DNA of 64,000 nt from Plasmodiophora brassicae. Its lineage: Eukaryota. The position numbers and the translations under genes are program-made. Location: assembly GCA_036867785.1 (NCBI GenBank), contig CP145418.1, positions 186,001 to 250,000 on the forward strand, written 5' to 3'. Under the pieces are notes generated by a model. It did no database searches. It was not told where the DNA came from and saw only the letters and a program-made list of their open reading frames with translations. Shown here in pieces: positions 1 through 11,581 of this stretch. Each line of letters starts with the position of its first letter. Within the stretch, counting starts at the first letter, position 1.

Positions 1-296
1 CATCGTCGTCCAATTTGCGCGCCCTGCGATCACGGTCTGTACTTATGGGGTGTCCAAGGAGATGTACAATACCAAAAAGAAAGGAACAAGTTGGGAGTTT
101 TGCGCGTCGCGGAAATTGCGCCACGGGCCGCGGCCGGGACCAACGGCGTTGCTGCGTCACTGGCGCGCTCCGACGATATCGGGACCCAGGGGGGCGTGCT
201 GCCGTTGTGCAGTCATTGATTTTTTTGCGGTGTCGGCGTGACGATCTGCCACGCCGGGGACGCGGCAGCAGCGACGCGTCGTGTCGCGTGGCCGTT

Positions 297-1621
297 ATGG
301 CGGCGTGCGACAGGACCTGGCTGGGCGGCGCGCTCGATCTCGTCGATCGCGTCATGCTGAGCACATGGACGCTGCTCACGCCCGGCCGCCGCCTGTTCGA
401 CAACGGCGTCGGGGACCTGGAAATGCTGGACGCCGCTGAGGAGGACGTCAGGAAGATCTACGTGGGTGAGATGCCACTGCCATGCGTCACCGATCTGCGC
501 TGGGCCCCGGCCTCCACCAAGAACGGCATTATCGTGGAGGAGGCGACATTCGACGCACCGCTCGCACAGTATCTTCCCAAGGAAAGCGCCAGAGCCCATT
601 TCCAATTCGTAAGACCTGTCAAGGTGGACGACCTCAAGGGAATCGCCATTCATAGTCAAATGACGGCCGATGAGACATTCGCATGGAGAAGGTACCCCCG
701 TTTGTCGTCCTTCTGTACCCAGCAGTCATCTCACGATTCATCCACGCAGGAGCATGGTCGCAGAGGAGCTGGTGCGTTCTGGAATTGCGTCCATTCTACT
801 GATGGTCCCATTGTATACCTTCGAGGGGCAATTCGTATGGATTGCACAGTTATCAATTGACGGGTGGACCACAGTTACGGGACGCGGCGACCCCAAGGCC
901 AGGTCATGCACTACTACCGAACGGTTGCTGACTGCCTGACGGGTGGCATAGTCGCCATGCTCGAGGCGGCGATGCTCGCCGAATGGTGCAAGCGGCAGTT
1001 CCCGGGAATTCCCGTCTGCCTGACAGGACAATCGGCAGGTGCCGCCCCAGCCGCGGGCGGCGCATTGCTCTGCTCGGGCAACGTCGCCTGCGTGCCATTC
1101 ATCGGCCCATCTAGCGGGCGACCATTCTGCAACGGCTACATGTCTGTCAATGTCAACTGGAATCGGCTTGCCGCATCGATCGGTAGCGAGCCGCGGCACG
1201 ATGCTCCCCAATCAGGGCAGCTGACTGGTGGGATGGCGTAGGTGTCAACAGCAAACGGGAGGCCAGAGCGTACCTGCGCGACCTGTTCACACGAAAGAGC
1301 ATGATCAAGCTAGCAGACTGGCATTCAAATGCTCGCCGCCCGGAATCGCTGACCGTGATCAGCGTCGCCGGCATCAATGATGGCGTCGTCCACCCGGTGG
1401 ACAGTCTGGAACTGCATCAAGTGCTGTCCATCTTCAGCAGGTACACTGAAATGCGCTGGCTTCGTGGCGGGCACTCCGTCCTGCTGCTCAGTCGTGCGTC
1501 ATTCATCGAAGCGATTCGCGATGCGATCAGCATCGTCGCCTCGGACGGTCGGGCGCGACCGTCTACAAATGGGACCGCGACCAGCGTCGTCGAGTTACAG
1601 CCCATGAAGGAAACGTCGTAA
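297..1621 (+). CDS. ABHD18: ABHD18/DUF2048-like alpha/beta hydrolase (4 exons)
   Basis: GT-AG introns 692-749, 813-874 and 1183-1241 join the ORF pieces into one frame. Motifs: PFYGTRRP, nucleophile elbow LTGQSAG, GIND and WLRGGH. Confidence 0.75.
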
Positions 1622-2026
1622 TCCCCGCGCTGTACCGTCCACTGATGCCCTCCAATCCGAAATGATGGACCAGTATGCGGGTGACGGGAATTTTAAGGCT
1701 GGTTTGGCGATGTGGACATACACTCCCATACAAAGTGGTACGGCACGTATCAATGAAAGAGGAACAATGCCGCCTGGTCTAAACCCCTGAGAGGGACGGA
1801 CCGGGCAGTGCGTCGGGTATAATAGCCTACTTGGGCACGCGAGAGGATAATCTGACCGGTGATCAGCGACTTGCCGTACTGAAGAGTCTCCTGGAGCGCC
1901 TCATTCGGAGAGCTACCGAAAGGGGGTGTCTTAGCGAGTTATAGCTCAGGATTCCACATTAGCTCAAGGACTGATGCGCGTTATGAAAGCGCACCAAGTA
2001 AACAACGCATCAATTCTGTTTAGAAG

Positions 2027-2881
2027 TTAGGAGCTCTTCTTGAGCTTGGCTGCATTACGCTTTGAGAGGTCATCGAAAAGGGAATCGCAACGCGTAACGA
2101 GGTCGTGCACCGCGGCATTGGCGCCGCCGACGATGTTGCTGTTGTGAGCCGTACAGAGGTTATCGAAGTCCCAATCGCGAACCAGGTCCTGAACCCAGGA
2201 ACGGAACTGGAGTGGCGCCTCAAGGGTTGGATGCAATCCAACACCTGTCAGGGACGGGTGGAACCTAATCCCATCTTTGAGGAACAGACGCGTCAGCGAC
2301 CAGGTCGGATTCCGCCAGTTAACGATGGTGTCATCATTATGAACGGTGCGGCTAGGGCGATGGAGAACAAAGACGTTTGAGAAGTGATTATCTTCCTAAC
2401 CCATATATATACGAGTGTTAGATGACGACAGAACTGGTTATGGGAAGACACACACCTCAGGATTGACGAATTCTGCCCCGGCCGGTATACGCATGGAAAC
2501 GTCGGGCTCGAACATCGCCCTGACACGCTCGTCGCTGACGTCGCCAGCCCAGGCGATGTCCGGAAGCTTCCAGAGATGCCTCGGGGTCCCGTAATACTTC
2601 GCATTCGGGTACGCTTCGTAGAAGGCGGGGAACGCCGTGGTATGGAACGGGTGCGTCGCCACAACAGCCTCGACCAGACGGCCGTCATCGGTGACGCGGT
2701 CGAATGCGGCCTTCTGCTCCTCACTCATCATGATCGTGTCGATGACCAGGTAGCGGCCAGTAGAGAGACGCGCCACCGACATGTGCGTGCCGACATTGAC
2801 AAGACCCATCGCCACCTTGAACGACCCTCGCAGGTTCCAGAACCCGCTGCCAATTTCCACCATCGACGGCGCTGAGTTCAT
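2027..2881 (-). CDS. DUF4336-like metallo-beta-lactamase-fold protein, copy A (2 exons)
   Basis: Motifs GTHMSVARL, ATHPFH, HNDDT and LCTAH. One phase-0 intron at 2396-2455. Confidence 0.7.
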
Positions 2882-3359
2882 GACCTACAGACCCACACGC
2901 TCAGTACCTCTACATACCTCACTCATCGTGGACGCACAGCGTTCGTCGTTGGCGTATTTCCAGCAACGCTCGGTCGGCCCGCCAGCATACCAGCAGTGAT
3001 CAGACCAAGCACTGCGATTGGGATACCAGCCGTCGCGAAGAGCGATCTCATCAGTCGTCTACCGCCTTGTCAACACTCACACGCTTGATGCACAATGGCA
3101 CGTCGCGGACACTCCAAACGGGTCGGGATCCCAAATCAGGGCCCGTTCGGTCTAACAGCACCGCTTTCGGATACGTCTGGGACGCTCCACTGCTTCCTGC
3201 CTCTAGGAACAGCGGGCAACACTGATGCATCGACGAATTGCTGTCTGGCATTCGTACGAGATAACAACCGGGGTCGCCGTTTTCGAATCACAACGCGGTT
3301 GAAGACTCTGCACACGAAGGTGCCCATCCCTCGCAGTCTGTGTGTAGAACGCACACGAT

Positions 3360-4213
3360 TTAAAGGTTGGAGTTCTTCTGGGCCTTGGCCGCGTTCCGCG
3401 ACGACAGCTCATCGAATAGCGAATCGCAACGCGAAAGGAGGTCCCGAACCGCGGCCTTGGCATCGCCGATGACGTTGCTGTTGTGCGCCGTGCAGAGATT
3501 GTCGAAGTCCCAGTCACGCAGCAGGTCTTGAACCCAGGAGCGGAACTGGAGCGGCGCTTCAGCAGTGGGATGCAATCCTGCACCAGTCAGCGACGGGTGG
3601 AACTTGACACCGTCGTTGACAAACAGACGCGTCAGCGACCAGGACGGGTTCTTCCAGTTAACGATCGTGTCGTCATTGTGCACTGTGCGGCTGGGGCGAT
3701 GAAACACGAACATGTTCGAGAAATGGTTGCCTTCCTGGAAGTACACATTGCGAAATGTAAGAACTGGCAACAAAACCGAAGTGAGGGCGAACGAACCTCG
3801 GGATTGGCGAATTCCGCCCCAGCCGGTATACGCATGGAGACGTCGGGCTCGAACATCGTCCTGATTTTCTCGTCATTGACGTCGCCAGCCCAGGGAATGT
3901 CGGGAAGGTTTCTCAGGTGCCTCGGCGTCCCATAGTACTTTGCATCCGGATACGTCTTATGGAACGTCGTGAACGCCATCGTGTGGAACGGGTGCGTCGC
4001 CACAACCGCCTCGATCAGGCGACCGCCCTCGGTGACCCGATCAAACTCCGCTTTCTGCTCGCCGCTCATCACGATCGTGTCGACGACCAGGAACCGCCCG
4101 TTGGCGAGCCGCGCCACCGACATGTGCGTCCCGACGTCGACCAGGCCCACCGCCATCTTGAACGACCCGCGCAGGTTCCAGAACCCGTTGCCAAGCTCCA
4201 CCATCGGCGCCAT
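3360..4213 (-). CDS. DUF4336-like metallo-beta-lactamase-fold protein, copy B (2 exons)
   Basis: Tandem paralog of 2027-2881 with the same motifs and the same intron position (3735-3796, after NPE). Confidence 0.7.
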
Positions 4214-4412
4214 CGGCTCCGCCCGGCACGAATGACCGACCCGCGCGCTGCTGCAGCACGATCGCGGTCTTCTGCAAAAAGTCAGGCGGCATTACTATTC
4301 TCGTGGAGCAACGCCGCAACGGTCAATTTGAAATCGCGACCTTCATGCAGTGCAGTTGCGGTAAAATTTGTATCGCACGTTTCGAGTTGACCGCCGCGTA
4401 AATCCGTGGACG

Positions 4413-6883
4413 ATGTCGATGACCGTCCTGGACGACGTTGCCGCGAGGCTGAACGATGGGGAGTGCCTGCGGCAGTCGGCGGTCGGCGGGACGGGCGCGG
4501 GGGCGTTCGCCATCAGCAGGCACGCGGACCTGTTCGTCGCGGGCAGCGATGGCGTTATCCGGTGCACGCGTATTCGCGATGCGAAGCTGAACCGTGCGGA
4601 TCACTGTCGGGTTATCGAGACCGTCCAGGCGACCCTGCCTCGACAGCTTGTGTCGCTGGCGTTTAATGCAACCGGCGAAGCGCTTGCCGCTGTCTCGTTC
4701 GATGAGGTCCACATCGTTTTCGTTGATGCTCGCGAGGTTCACGGCGACGGCCCATTGACGTGCGATGCGGTCTGCGTTGTCGGCCGCGATACGTCGGCAG
4801 CAATTCCACCCGCTGAAGTCGTCATGATCCGGTGGCATCCGCTCAGCCACGAACACATCGGCGTTCTGTTCGCCGACAACACGTTCCGGTAGCGCCTCTC
4901 GGCACCACTGCTTTCGCTTCCCGGTTCGCGTTTCTCATTGCGACGCAGGCTGTTCCGTATCTCGTCGGCTGGCGCCGCACTCGAAGAGGAGGTTCGCCTT
5001 CTCAGTGACGAACGGGCGCTGACGTCGCGAGCGCAGTTCCCTGGGTTCTGCTTCGGTGAATCGTCTGGTAGGGGTTCCAACGGGATCGTCGTTCAATCAC
5101 GTACCTGGTGCTGACCACGTTTAGGTTGGGAGCGATTCTCGGTGTACTTCTTGCATGAATCCGGCGACATCTTCACGCTGTGCCCCATCGTCCCTCGCCA
5201 CGCCGTCATCAGCGCGGCCGATTTCGGGCTGTACCACTCGATGGCGGTCGCATCCGACAATCCGGTACCGTCTGTGTGACGCTGCAGGTCATCTGTTGTG
5301 CTGATCGGCTGCGTCAGTTCGTTTCGGCCTGGCTCGACGAGTTCTGGCATGTGCGCAGCTCAGACGACGCCATGTTCTATGCGCGTCCAGACGACCGGGC
5401 GCCGAATGAGTTCGTCGTAGTCGCCCAGGACGCGGTGTACCGTCATGCTGACGGCGTGAAGGGGGCGCGCTACTCGTCGGTTCTCGCCGTGTCCAGCCCA
5501 TCGCTCCCGGTTACCGTCCTGTTCACGGCCAGCGACGCTGGCGATGTGGACACCTTGGTTGGCGTTGACAGCACTAGACCGCGATGGAGGGAGAACGTAC
5601 GTTGCGACCCGGTCAGTCTCGACCGTTGCTGACCTATTTGGCGTCCAGGGCCGAAGCACCGATCCGGAGCTCGACGGCAACGATTCGTTTCAACGCCTCG
5701 CGAGAACGCGATCCTGTGGCACCGAGCTTCTGGGCAGTGATGGTCGGTCGTCGATTTTCGCCGCCAGTACTGACGGTATCGTCCGCATCGATACAAGTGA
5801 TCTGAATCAGTTCCTCGCGCGCTGCGAGAACGGTGAGGACCGCGCGCCTCTGCCTTGCGAATCGTTCCCTGTCGACATGGTCGTCTCGATTCCCAGATCG
5901 CAGAGGCTGGGGGGACAGCCGTGTCGCGATTCATTGGTCGGGGATTTCCTGTTCGTCCTGGATCGGTCGTTCACGTGTCGCCTCCTGCCGCTGTGTCGAG
6001 GCGTCCCTGAGGAACGCGGGCAGCTTCAGTTGGTCCTCAAATCTGGTCCAACCGCTGTAAGCACCAGTGTGTGTGTGCTATGCGCTGCTCTCTGGGTGCT
6101 TACTCTCCGACTGGAAAGGGTTTCGAGACGTTTGCGTTGGAGGAGTTCAAGGTTGACCCAGAACTGTCCTTATCTCTTGCTGCACTGCAAGGTTTCCAAA
6201 CGGTGTCGATATCGTCGCTGGACGATTCCGCATCACTGCAGGGCTTCCTGGAGTTCAGCAGTATTGCGGATCGCTGTATCGACGCGTGCCATCGTGTGTC
6301 GGTCGCCGTCCAAGCTCGGATCTCTCTTCTGGACAAGTTTGATCGAATCCAGAAACTATATCTGTCGGTGTTACTGTTTACTGCAGGTCGTGCCTTGGGG
6401 TGCTGATTCCCTGCTTGCAGGTCTCGAGTACAGACGATCATCGGTGCGTTGGCGAACCGGGATCGTGAGCTTCATGCACTTGTACGGCAGCGTGTGGAAG
6501 CGGGGAATGCCGTTTGCGCGCGCATCGCCAACTGTGCTGAGTGCATTCGTCGGTCCCGGTTATTGCTTGAAGGCGAAGGCGGCATCATATCCGCCGAAGA
6601 ACGGGACTTTGCCAAGGATGTCGAAGCCGTCACAGCAACGCTAAACAGCCTGCGGGCCAGCTACAACGAGATGAGCGAACGCGCCCATCGAACCCTGAAA
6701 GCGTGCGGCCCCGCCAGGGAACGCAACTGGATGTTCGTCCAGTCGTTCTCGTCGCTGGGCGAAGCGCATTCAGCGCGCATAAAACCGGCGCTGGAACAGC
6801 ACACGACCGCGTTGCAGGATTGCAAGCGTCGCCTTCGCCAGCTGCAGAGCCGCCTGAATACAGAGTTCCCCGATTTGGTCTGA
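4413..6883 (+). CDS. NUP88: Nucleoporin Nup88/Nup82-like (beta-propeller plus C-terminal coiled coil), multi-exon
   Basis: WHPLSHEHIGVLFADNTFR and GWERFSVYFLHESGDIFTLCP segments typical of the Nup88/82 propeller; heptad-rich C-terminal exon 6421-6883. Confidence 0.65.
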
Positions 6884-7046
6884 CGCTGGATCGACGTCGC
6901 CGTCATCCTGAGTAGATGGACGTTGCGCACGTGACAAGGTCACCTGACCGTTGATGTGACGGGAGACGGTACGTTCTAGAAGCGGGTTTGCGGACCACAA
7001 CACACGTTCCAGTCTGGAGCCCTGCTGGGTGGCGGGGGGGGCGAAC

Positions 7047-7903
7047 ATGGCGGACAGCATGGCCGGGTCTGACGACAGCACAGGACACGAACCCGTTTGG
7101 GATAAGGTCCAGGTGGAACGGGAAGTCGACGGGTGGCAGGCGGTGAACCCCAGGAAGACGCGGCACGTCCTGGTTGCCCTTCGTGTCGCATCCATCGCCA
7201 TCATCATCAGCGCAGCGTATCTCGATGGGCACTTTGTCGCCAGGTATGGTCGGATGCCCCCCGTTGGCCAGATCGTCGGCCTGTCGTGGGCCATCGCCGC
7301 CATCTCCTTCGTTCTCATCTGCATCGCGTTCGTGACCATCATTCTCGGCCATACGCACCCAATGTCAGAGCTCCTCGCTGTGCTAACCGGATTCGCAGGT
7401 TAGGACCCGATTGTTGGCAAACACGCCCACCCATTCCTGACACGAATCCCAGGCGTCACTGTCGTCCTGTTGGCTGTTTTCCTGCTGGAGATGGATGCAT
7501 CCGACCCGTCCCGCGAATGGGGAATGTTTGGTACGGTCCTGCGTCGGGGACCCAACGTCTCCCTTTAACGATCTTCGCAGTACATCACGGGAAGGATGGC
7601 GTGGCTAGCATCGCCGGAGGAGGTACACAGGCCGCCCTGTCGACCGCGTACGAGTTAGCACGCCTGTTCGGGACGCTGGGTCTGGCTGTCGGTGTCATCC
7701 AGGTCAGCGAGCGCGGGTTCTGCCTGGTACCCATGTCTGAACGCTTGCTGAAGTCGGGAGCGTCGGCGATATCGTTCCTGATGCAGCTCCAGGCGGAGGA
7801 GGTCCCCCGTGCCGACCCGTGCCGTCTGCAGACGCTGGACTTCGACCCCGAGGTTCGCATTCAGCGCATCTACGACTCGTTACGAGAAGGCGGCCTGATC
7901 TGA
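7047..7903 (+). CDS. Hypothetical multipass membrane protein, multi-exon
   Basis: Several hydrophobic helices across the 7047-7398 and downstream exons. No family recognised. Confidence 0.5.
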
Positions 7904-7997
7904 AACCGACTGAAATACCTCCTATATGATATTCGTCTCTCGCAGCACTATCCAAACTACTAGATTCGTTCCGATGTTAGCTATTGTGCCATTGTTG

Positions 7998-9456
7998 CTA
8001 GTGCACGGTCAGGAACGGGTGAGCCAGCGCTTCGGCAGCAGTAATTCGAGCGGCAGGATCAAACGTCAGCATGCGCTCGATTAGGTCGCGAAAGTATAGG
8101 CATGGGACGTCGCCTGACTTGCATGGTAACTTGTGCCACAGTGGCTCCGTCTGCAGAAAGACAGGCACTGCCGTCAGCTACGCTCGGAAGGATCTGCCCT
8201 AACGACGAGGTACCTTGATGTGGGCGCGCAATGCAGAGAAGTCGATATGCGACACTTTGTACAGAAAGGTCTTGCCTGACGATGAGGAGCATATCCCGAT
8301 ACGGCGGGTAGCGGGGTCGATGATGTCCCGTGAAGGAAGACCAATGGTCTCGACGATACGCAGGAACACATCTCGACTTGTCTCGCCATTGAACTACATG
8401 CGACAGGGCCTGGCGTGAGACCAATGCAATGTCCACGAAACATGCGACGACGTCAGTACCCAGGAAACCTGAGGCTGACGAAGAATCGCGAGAATGGTGC
8501 CCAGGGCCCAAACGCTAGAAACGCGATCAGGACATACACATGTGCGTCGTCTCAATCACTTACTCTATGGGCGTTGAATGCGGTAGGCCTAGTAGCAGCT
8601 CAGGTGCCTGGTAGACCCTCGTATGGAGCGACAGTTCACTCGTCTCGCTGTCGTCTTCGCTGGACCCGAAATCAACAATCGTGGCCGAGGAGAAGTCGCC
8701 GTTCGTCGACAGGATGATATTCTCCGGTTTGATATCGCCCTGTTATGACTTCAGTTGGGACCATACTCCCGTATAACGGCTGATGCGGATCTCGAATTAC
8801 GTGAATTCGGTGGTTAGCATGAAGAAACCGCAAGCCGTCCAGCACGGCCTTCGCCAGCTGTCGCAAGTTGGCATAACTGAGGCCATTTTCCCAGAAAGAC
8901 GGCATCTTCGTGGACTGCCGGATCAGGTCATTGCCCAGCAATTCGAGGACGATGCAGGTCCTATCATCAAGAGCATCAAACGACTCGCTGACGTCGACTG
9001 CCACCGATGTTGTGTCAGAGCAGCTGACATCACGTAAACGCGACTGGTAAACTAACCTATGTGGTGCAGATGTGATGGATCGAGTGTCTGCAGTTTCCTC
9101 AGCGTGTCGAATTCCTTGAGTGCCTCGGTCTTGCGACTCTTGTAGATCTTCAGCGCAACGGTCCGGTTCCATCTCAGCGTGTCTTGCGCCTGGTATACAT
9201 GCCCAAAACTTCCGACGCCCAACTTCCTCTCGATGATGTAATGATGGAGAACGTCTCCAGGCCGGATCGTATCCAGGATGTCATCCGCGTACGCATCAGG
9301 GAGATTCGATTCGGTCCAAAAGGTATGCATTTCTTCATCGTGCTTCTTGACAAGCTTCAGCAGACAGTGCAGCATCCTGTACTCGTGCATGGACGTCAAC
9401 GCTTCCGCCACCACCAACGCGGTGGCAGCGACGGCCAACGCCCAGGACACCACCAT
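7998..9456 (-). CDS. Ser/Thr protein kinase (CMGC-like) with N-terminal hydrophobic leader, multi-exon
   Basis: Spliced product contains LGVGSFGHV, VALK, DIKPEN, VDFG, YQAPE, DVWALG and MLTFDPAARITAAEALAHPFL. The start codon is inferred. Confidence 0.8.
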
Positions 9457-9975
9457 CAGGTGCGTTTGCGCAAACCCAACTGAAGCTTTGACCGACTGCC
9501 GGCCGGGCTCTGGCGGGGCCACTGTCCCCGATTCATCTCGGCCAGTGGCGCCAGTGGCCTCGTGGGTAGTTGCAGTCCGCAAAGCCAACCCTGGGTGACG
9601 TAACGCCCAACGCTGCAGAACGTGAACATGCGACGCGGCGCCACGCAGTTGTTCCCCGCACCTCTTGCCCCCGGTGCGGCGATGAGCCGATGACTATTGA
9701 GTATTGACTGATGTTTCCCAGAGGACCGGCAGAAGATGGCTCGGGAACAGATGCACGCGCAGTCGGACCTGACGACGATGGTACGCGACGCTCCACATTC
9801 CTGCCGGTACTATTCTGGCAACAGCCATGGGTGATTTGTTACTGCCTCGAATCGACAGTACGTAGGCTTATCGTGTTCAAGGCGCCGAGTCTCGGACACC
9901 TTCGTTGGCAGCTACAGTAGGTATCTGAACTGCGGACATGCGCCGGATTGCGTTGACTTCTTTGCGTCGACCGAA

Positions 9976-11539
9976 ATGGAGTATGTAGATAGTAGTCACC
10001 GTCGCAGCACTTTCCAGGGCGGTGAACTGATGATGCTCCATCGCGACCAGCAGCACTGGGGGACGCGAACAGACGTAACCGAAAATTGGCGGGAAAAATA
10101 CGAATGCGTCAGTGGAGCTGCCAAAATTGCGCCACAGGGGCATCCGAGGTCGCGGGGCGCGTCGTTCGTCGACGCCGGCAACGGTCACCGAATGGGTAGC
10201 AGCAGCGCCAATCGGCACGATCCCCGGCGACGGTACGCGGGCGTTTGAGTGGCAACAGGGCCCCGGAGGTCCCTGATCGACACGTGTAGGAGTTATTTCG
10301 ACACGCCACCGACGACGTCGAATGATGAGTCCGGCGACGAGGGCGCGCCACAGCCGAGACGGAAGAAGTCATGGGTGAACCGATCCCCGTATCGATGTTT
10401 ACTGATACAAATTGCAGACGGCAACGTCGCGTTAGTCTTGGCGTACAGCTGTGCAATGACGACGGGTTTGAGTTCCGTCGAAGGCCAACGAAGATTAGCA
10501 GCGCTCCAGCGGAAGAAACCCACATGCGGGATCCCATATCCAAACTCACTCAGGAGTCTCCCTCTGTATGTCACTGCACGTCGATACGTTGCATCAGTCT
10601 TATTCGATGCAGGTTGCAACGACCAAATCAAAGCCACGAAAAACGACACCTAAACTAGTTCCAGTCTCTGCCTCTGTATGTTGCTGCATGTGTCATGGTA
10701 TCGCTTCATCTCATTAGACGTAGGTCCCGGCAAAGGAGTCGAAACCAGGGAAGCCCACGCCGGTTCGTAACGATCGCGTTGTTGCACCTGAGACTCCACT
10801 AAAGCCGTACCCGGAATCACTGGATTGGAAGCCTTCAGTGGTTGACGATGGGTCGCCCGCCGAGGCGCAGCTCATTCGCCTTCTGAAAGAGGTCACGTCG
10901 CATGAAATCGCGCAATGCGCTGCAGCCTTCGACGATGAGCGACATGCGTTTCTTCACGATCGGATTTCTGCGGCCTGCAAGGAATTCGTCAATGACTGCC
11001 AGCAGATGGTTCTTAAACTGCTGAGCGACAGAGGCGCGCTCAAACCGCCTAAAGTATTCTCCGCGGAAACCACCGTTGGCATGCTTCTGATGTCCCCGTA
11101 GGTCCTGAAGAATACGCAGAATGAGAGCCTGAGAGAGCAGGAAAGAATATGGACAGCAGCAGTTGACCGCATCAAGGCTGAACTGGCAGACTGGGCCGCC
11201 ATTCGCCATGCGTGCCCGACGCTGCCGATCCCTGACGTCGTGTCAACCGAATTCGTGTCTGCCTACCTGGACGAGCAGGGCCTGTCCGATATCGGGGCGA
11301 AACCGCAAGGCGAAGAGGACGGTGCTCTAATGCGCGAGTTCACGAGGGTCCTTGCCAAGGCGGATGCGATTCTGGCGTCGGCCCATACCATATCTGGTCG
11401 TTTCGATGCTGCTAGGGACGCCCAGGCGCACGTGGTGCAGACGCTGTCCCGTGAAGCGCTTCGCCCGCTTCAGCCGATCACAGAGCCGAAGGCTCTGATT
11501 GCATCGGTCCTTGCAACAGGCCGGAAGGCCACTGCATGA
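9976..11539 (+). CDS. Hypothetical protein, possibly kinetochore Dsn1/Mis13-like, multi-exon
   Basis: Basic RRKKS motif, AQLIRLL helix and KNTQNESLREQ...IKAELADW coiled coil, reminiscent of Mis13/Dsn1. The 5' boundary is uncertain. Confidence 0.4.
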
Positions 11540-11581
11540 CAGGCGCCCTGGTTTATACATAAGACTTGTTAGCGGTTACAC

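Noticed and set aside
1779-1789. CTAAACCCCT as a telomerase RNA template
   Set aside because: A short match embedded in a predicted stem, with no other support. The telomere repeat cannot be determined from this window.
1637-1925. Hammerhead ribozyme cores (CTGATGC...CGAAA at 1642; CTGAAGAG...CGAAA at 1879)
   Set aside because: The first lacks CUGANGA and a stem II. The second has extra bases before GAAA and no correctly placed NUH or stem III.
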